The notes under the pieces were generated by a model. The model ran no database searches. It was given only the letters and a program-made list of their open reading frames with translations, and was not told where the DNA came from. A DNA stretch of 64,000 bases, from the NCBI GenBank assembly GCA_963422375.2, contig OY729428.2, forward strand, positions 3,360,001 to 3,424,000. The letters run 5' to 3'. Positions 61,657 through 64,000 of this stretch are shown one piece after another. Position 1 is the first letter of the stretch. The number at the start of each line of letters is the position of its first letter. This stretch comes from Bryobacterales bacterium (GTDB lineage Bacteria; Acidobacteriota; Terriglobia; Bryobacterales; UBA6623). The position numbers were made by a program, and so were the translations under genes.

Positions 61657-63135
61657 GTGCCACCGCGACCCTCCATCGTGGGGCTCGGACTGCTCCTCGC
61701 AGCGCTCGCGGCACCCGCGGCGCCGCCGTCCTTCCCGGAGCCGACCGCCGAGGTGGAGGCGGAGGCCAGACGCTTTCTGGAAGCCTTCGGCCTGCTCGCC
61801 GGGCACCTTCCAAGGCCCTTCGATCCCGCCGCCGCGATCTACGGCGGCGCGTTGCCCGCAATGCTGCGGACGCTGGATCCCCACTCGGCCTTCCTCGACC
61901 CAGTGCAGTTCGAAAGCCTGCGCGAGATGCAGCGCGCCACCGAGAAGGGCTTCGGGAGCGTGGTCAACCTGCTTCCGGGACGGGTGATCGTCCTCCAGAC
62001 GCTGCCGGACAGCCCGTCCGCCCGAGCGGGCATCGCGCCCGGGGACGAGATCCTGGTTCTCAACGGCCAGCCACTGGCCCATCTACCGGTCGAGCAGCTG
62101 GTGCCCGTGCTGGCGAGCGCGCGGCAGAGCCGCGCGCAGCTAATGGTGCGACGCCCGAACTTCCCCGACCTGCTCGACTTGACGCTCGTGCCGGCCGAGA
62201 TGGCGGATCCGAGCGTCTCGCGCCAATTCCTGCTCGAGCCGGGCATCGCCTACGCCAAGATTCTCAACTTCGAGGCCGAGACCGCCTCCGAGCTCCGCGA
62301 GGTGATCGACTCGATGGGCGGCGACTCGCTGGAAGGGCTGGTGCTCGATCTACGCGGCAATCCAGGCGGCATCATCGAGGCGGCCGTCCAGGTCGCGGCC
62401 TTCTTTCTCGAGCCGGGCGACCGGATCCTCTGGATTCGCGGCCGCGCCGGCCCGAAGGAGGACTTGCGCGTGCCGACCGGGTTCGTGCCGTACGACTTCC
62501 CCCTGCGGGTGCTTGTGGACGGGCGCACCGCCAGCGCGGCCGAACTGGTGGCCGGAGCGCTGCAAGAGCACCGGCGCGCCCGGGTGATCGGGCAGCGGAC
62601 ATTCGGCAAGGGCCTAGTGCAAAGCGTGTTCGAGCTCAGCGGCGGTAGCGCCCTCGCGCTGACCACCGCCTATTACGAGACGCCGGGCGAGCGCCCCGTC
62701 CAGAGGTGGCTGGGAGCATGCGACGAGTTCCAAATAGCTCGCTGCGAGCCTGCCAGCGAATCCGCGGAGCTGCGCGGCGGGATCGTGCCGGACCGCGCCG
62801 AGGTCCCCCGCCCGCTTTCCCGGCTCGAGCAGATCCTGCTGGCCAGCAACTCGTTCCTCGAATTCTCGACCCAGTACGTCTCCAAGCACAGCGGCATCGA
62901 CCGCTCATTCGAGCCCAGCAACGAGATCCTGGACGACTTCCAGCTGTATCTGTCACAGCGCCGGATTTGGCTTTCCCTGTCGGAGTGGTCGGCCACGCTC
63001 GGATTCATTTCCTCGATGCTCAAGCAGGAAGTGCTGAACCTGACCGCCGGAGTCGCGGCGGGGGACGAGGTAGAACTGCGACGCGACCCGGTCGTCCTCG
63101 CGGGAGCGGAGGAATTGCGCGAGGCGTCCCGCTAG
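61657..63135 (+). CDS. S41 C-terminal processing peptidase (PDZ)
   Basis: LDPHS, PDZ, DLRGNPGG, TASAAE, TFGKG.VQ; TATAAT at 61642-61647. Confidence 0.92.
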   Translation: MPPRPSIVGLGLLLAALAAPAAPPSFPEPTAEVEAEARRFLEAFGLLAGHLPRPFDPAAAIYGGALPAMLRTLDPHSAFLDPVQFESLREMQRATEKGFGSVVNLLPGRVIVLQTLPDSPSARAGIAPGDEILVLNGQPLAHLPVEQLVPVLASARQSRAQLMVRRPNFPDLLDLTLVPAEMADPSVSRQFLLEPGIAYAKILNFEAETASELREVIDSMGGDSLEGLVLDLRGNPGGIIEAAVQVAAFFLEPGDRILWIRGRAGPKEDLRVPTGFVPYDFPLRVLVDGRTASAAELVAGALQEHRRARVIGQRTFGKGLVQSVFELSGGSALALTTAYYETPGERPVQRWLGACDEFQIARCEPASESAELRGGIVPDRAEVPRPLSRLEQILLASNSFLEFSTQYVSKHSGIDRSFEPSNEILDDFQLYLSQRRIWLSLSEWSATLGFISSMLKQEVLNLTAGVAAGDEVELRRDPVVLAGAEELREASR

Positions 63136-63257
63136 CCAGGCAAGAGCCACGACCTCCACGGGGCCGGGCGGGCGGTAATTCTTGTGGGCCGGCCCGCACG
63201 GGATTGTGAATCCCGAGCCGCTTGGCGCAAACTAGTAGGGGAGTCTAGGTGATCCGC

Positions 63258-64000
63258 ATGCAGAGGACGTTGCTCTTGACAGGCTTGGCCGCGCTGGCGG
63301 TACTCGGTGCCTGTGATCGGTCCGACTCCGTTCGCATCGGAGTCGTGCCGAAGGCGGTGGCGCACGAATTCTGGGCTGCGGTCCACGCCGGAGCGCACGA
63401 GGCGGCGCGAGGTGCGGGCGTCGAGATCCAGTGGCAGGGCCCGTCGGCCGAGACAGAGTTCACCCGCCAGATCGAGATCGTCGAGTCGATGATCAATTCG
63501 CGCGTGGAGGGCTTGGTCCTAGCCCCGACCGAGGCCACCGCGCTGGTCGGCGTGGTCGAGCGGGCTGCGCGCGAAGGCATACCGGTAACCATCTTCGATT
63601 CCGGCATCAACACGGACCAATACGTCTCGTTCGTGGCTAGCAACAACCGCAAGGCCGGGGAGACGGCCGCCCACACGCTGGGCGACCTCCTGCGCGGGCG
63701 CGGCAAGATCGCCGTGGTCAAGAACGTGCCGGGCTCGCTGTCGACGATGGAGCGCGAGGCCGGGTTCGAGGAAGCCCTCGCCAGACGCTATCCGGGCATC
63801 GAGATCGTCGACTTCAAGTACTGCCAGTCGGATCGGGCGCTGGCCCTCCAAGTCTCCGAGAACATGCTCTCGGCGCACCCCGACCTGGACGGGATGTTCG
63901 CCTCGGCCGAGCCTGCCACCGTGGGCGCGGCCAAGGCCCTGCGGAATCGCGACTTGGTCGAGCAGGTGAAGCTCGTCGGATTCGACTGGACCTACACGTT
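63258..64000 (+). CDS. Sugar ABC transporter substrate-binding lipoprotein (RbsB-like), truncated by window end
   Basis: MQRTLLLTGLAALAVLGAC lipobox; IGVVPK...HEFW, IPV..FDS, R..GF, VGFD. Confidence 0.88.
   Translation, partial: MQRTLLLTGLAALAVLGACDRSDSVRIGVVPKAVAHEFWAAVHAGAHEAARGAGVEIQWQGPSAETEFTRQIEIVESMINSRVEGLVLAPTEATALVGVVERAAREGIPVTIFDSGINTDQYVSFVASNNRKAGETAAHTLGDLLRGRGKIAVVKNVPGSLSTMEREAGFEEALARRYPGIEIVDFKYCQSDRALALQVSENMLSAHPDLDGMFASAEPATVGAAKALRNRDLVEQVKLVGFDWTYT

Overview
High-GC bacterial chromosome window. Gene content (DUF1592/DUF1552 pair, MoxR-vWA-DUF4159 operon, DUF5916, NHL/PAL-like protein, DUF1080) suggests an Acidobacteriota (Bryobacterales-like) genome, possibly host-associated; this is inference only. 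Intact housekeeping and envelope genes (murB, nadB, aroB, ubiE/menG, glnA, tRNA-Leu(TAG), NfeD-flotillin, TPP enzyme plus pentaheme cytochrome, HDAC, 8-gene MoxR/vWA operon, sigma-70, S41 protease, sugar-binding protein) alternate with decayed accessory patches (1-6.2 kb, 17.8-23 kb, 27.4-30.9 kb, 37.8-40.2 kb). These patches hold IS1182/IS5-like, IS1634, IS630, two IS1595, IS66, IS110 and ISNCY elements, two copies of a 255-bp MITE, and pseudogenised defence/TA genes. The most unusual sequence-level signals are (i) dense perfect 9-15 bp tandem micro-duplications and (ii) a strong A:T->G:C substitution bias in the mobile elements, both checkable against the two IS1595 copies. Also notable are the MITE with 6-bp TANNTA target duplications nested in an IS1595 terminal repeat, and an IS66-split two-gene module near the tRNA. 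All family assignments come from motif recognition by eye; no database searches were run.
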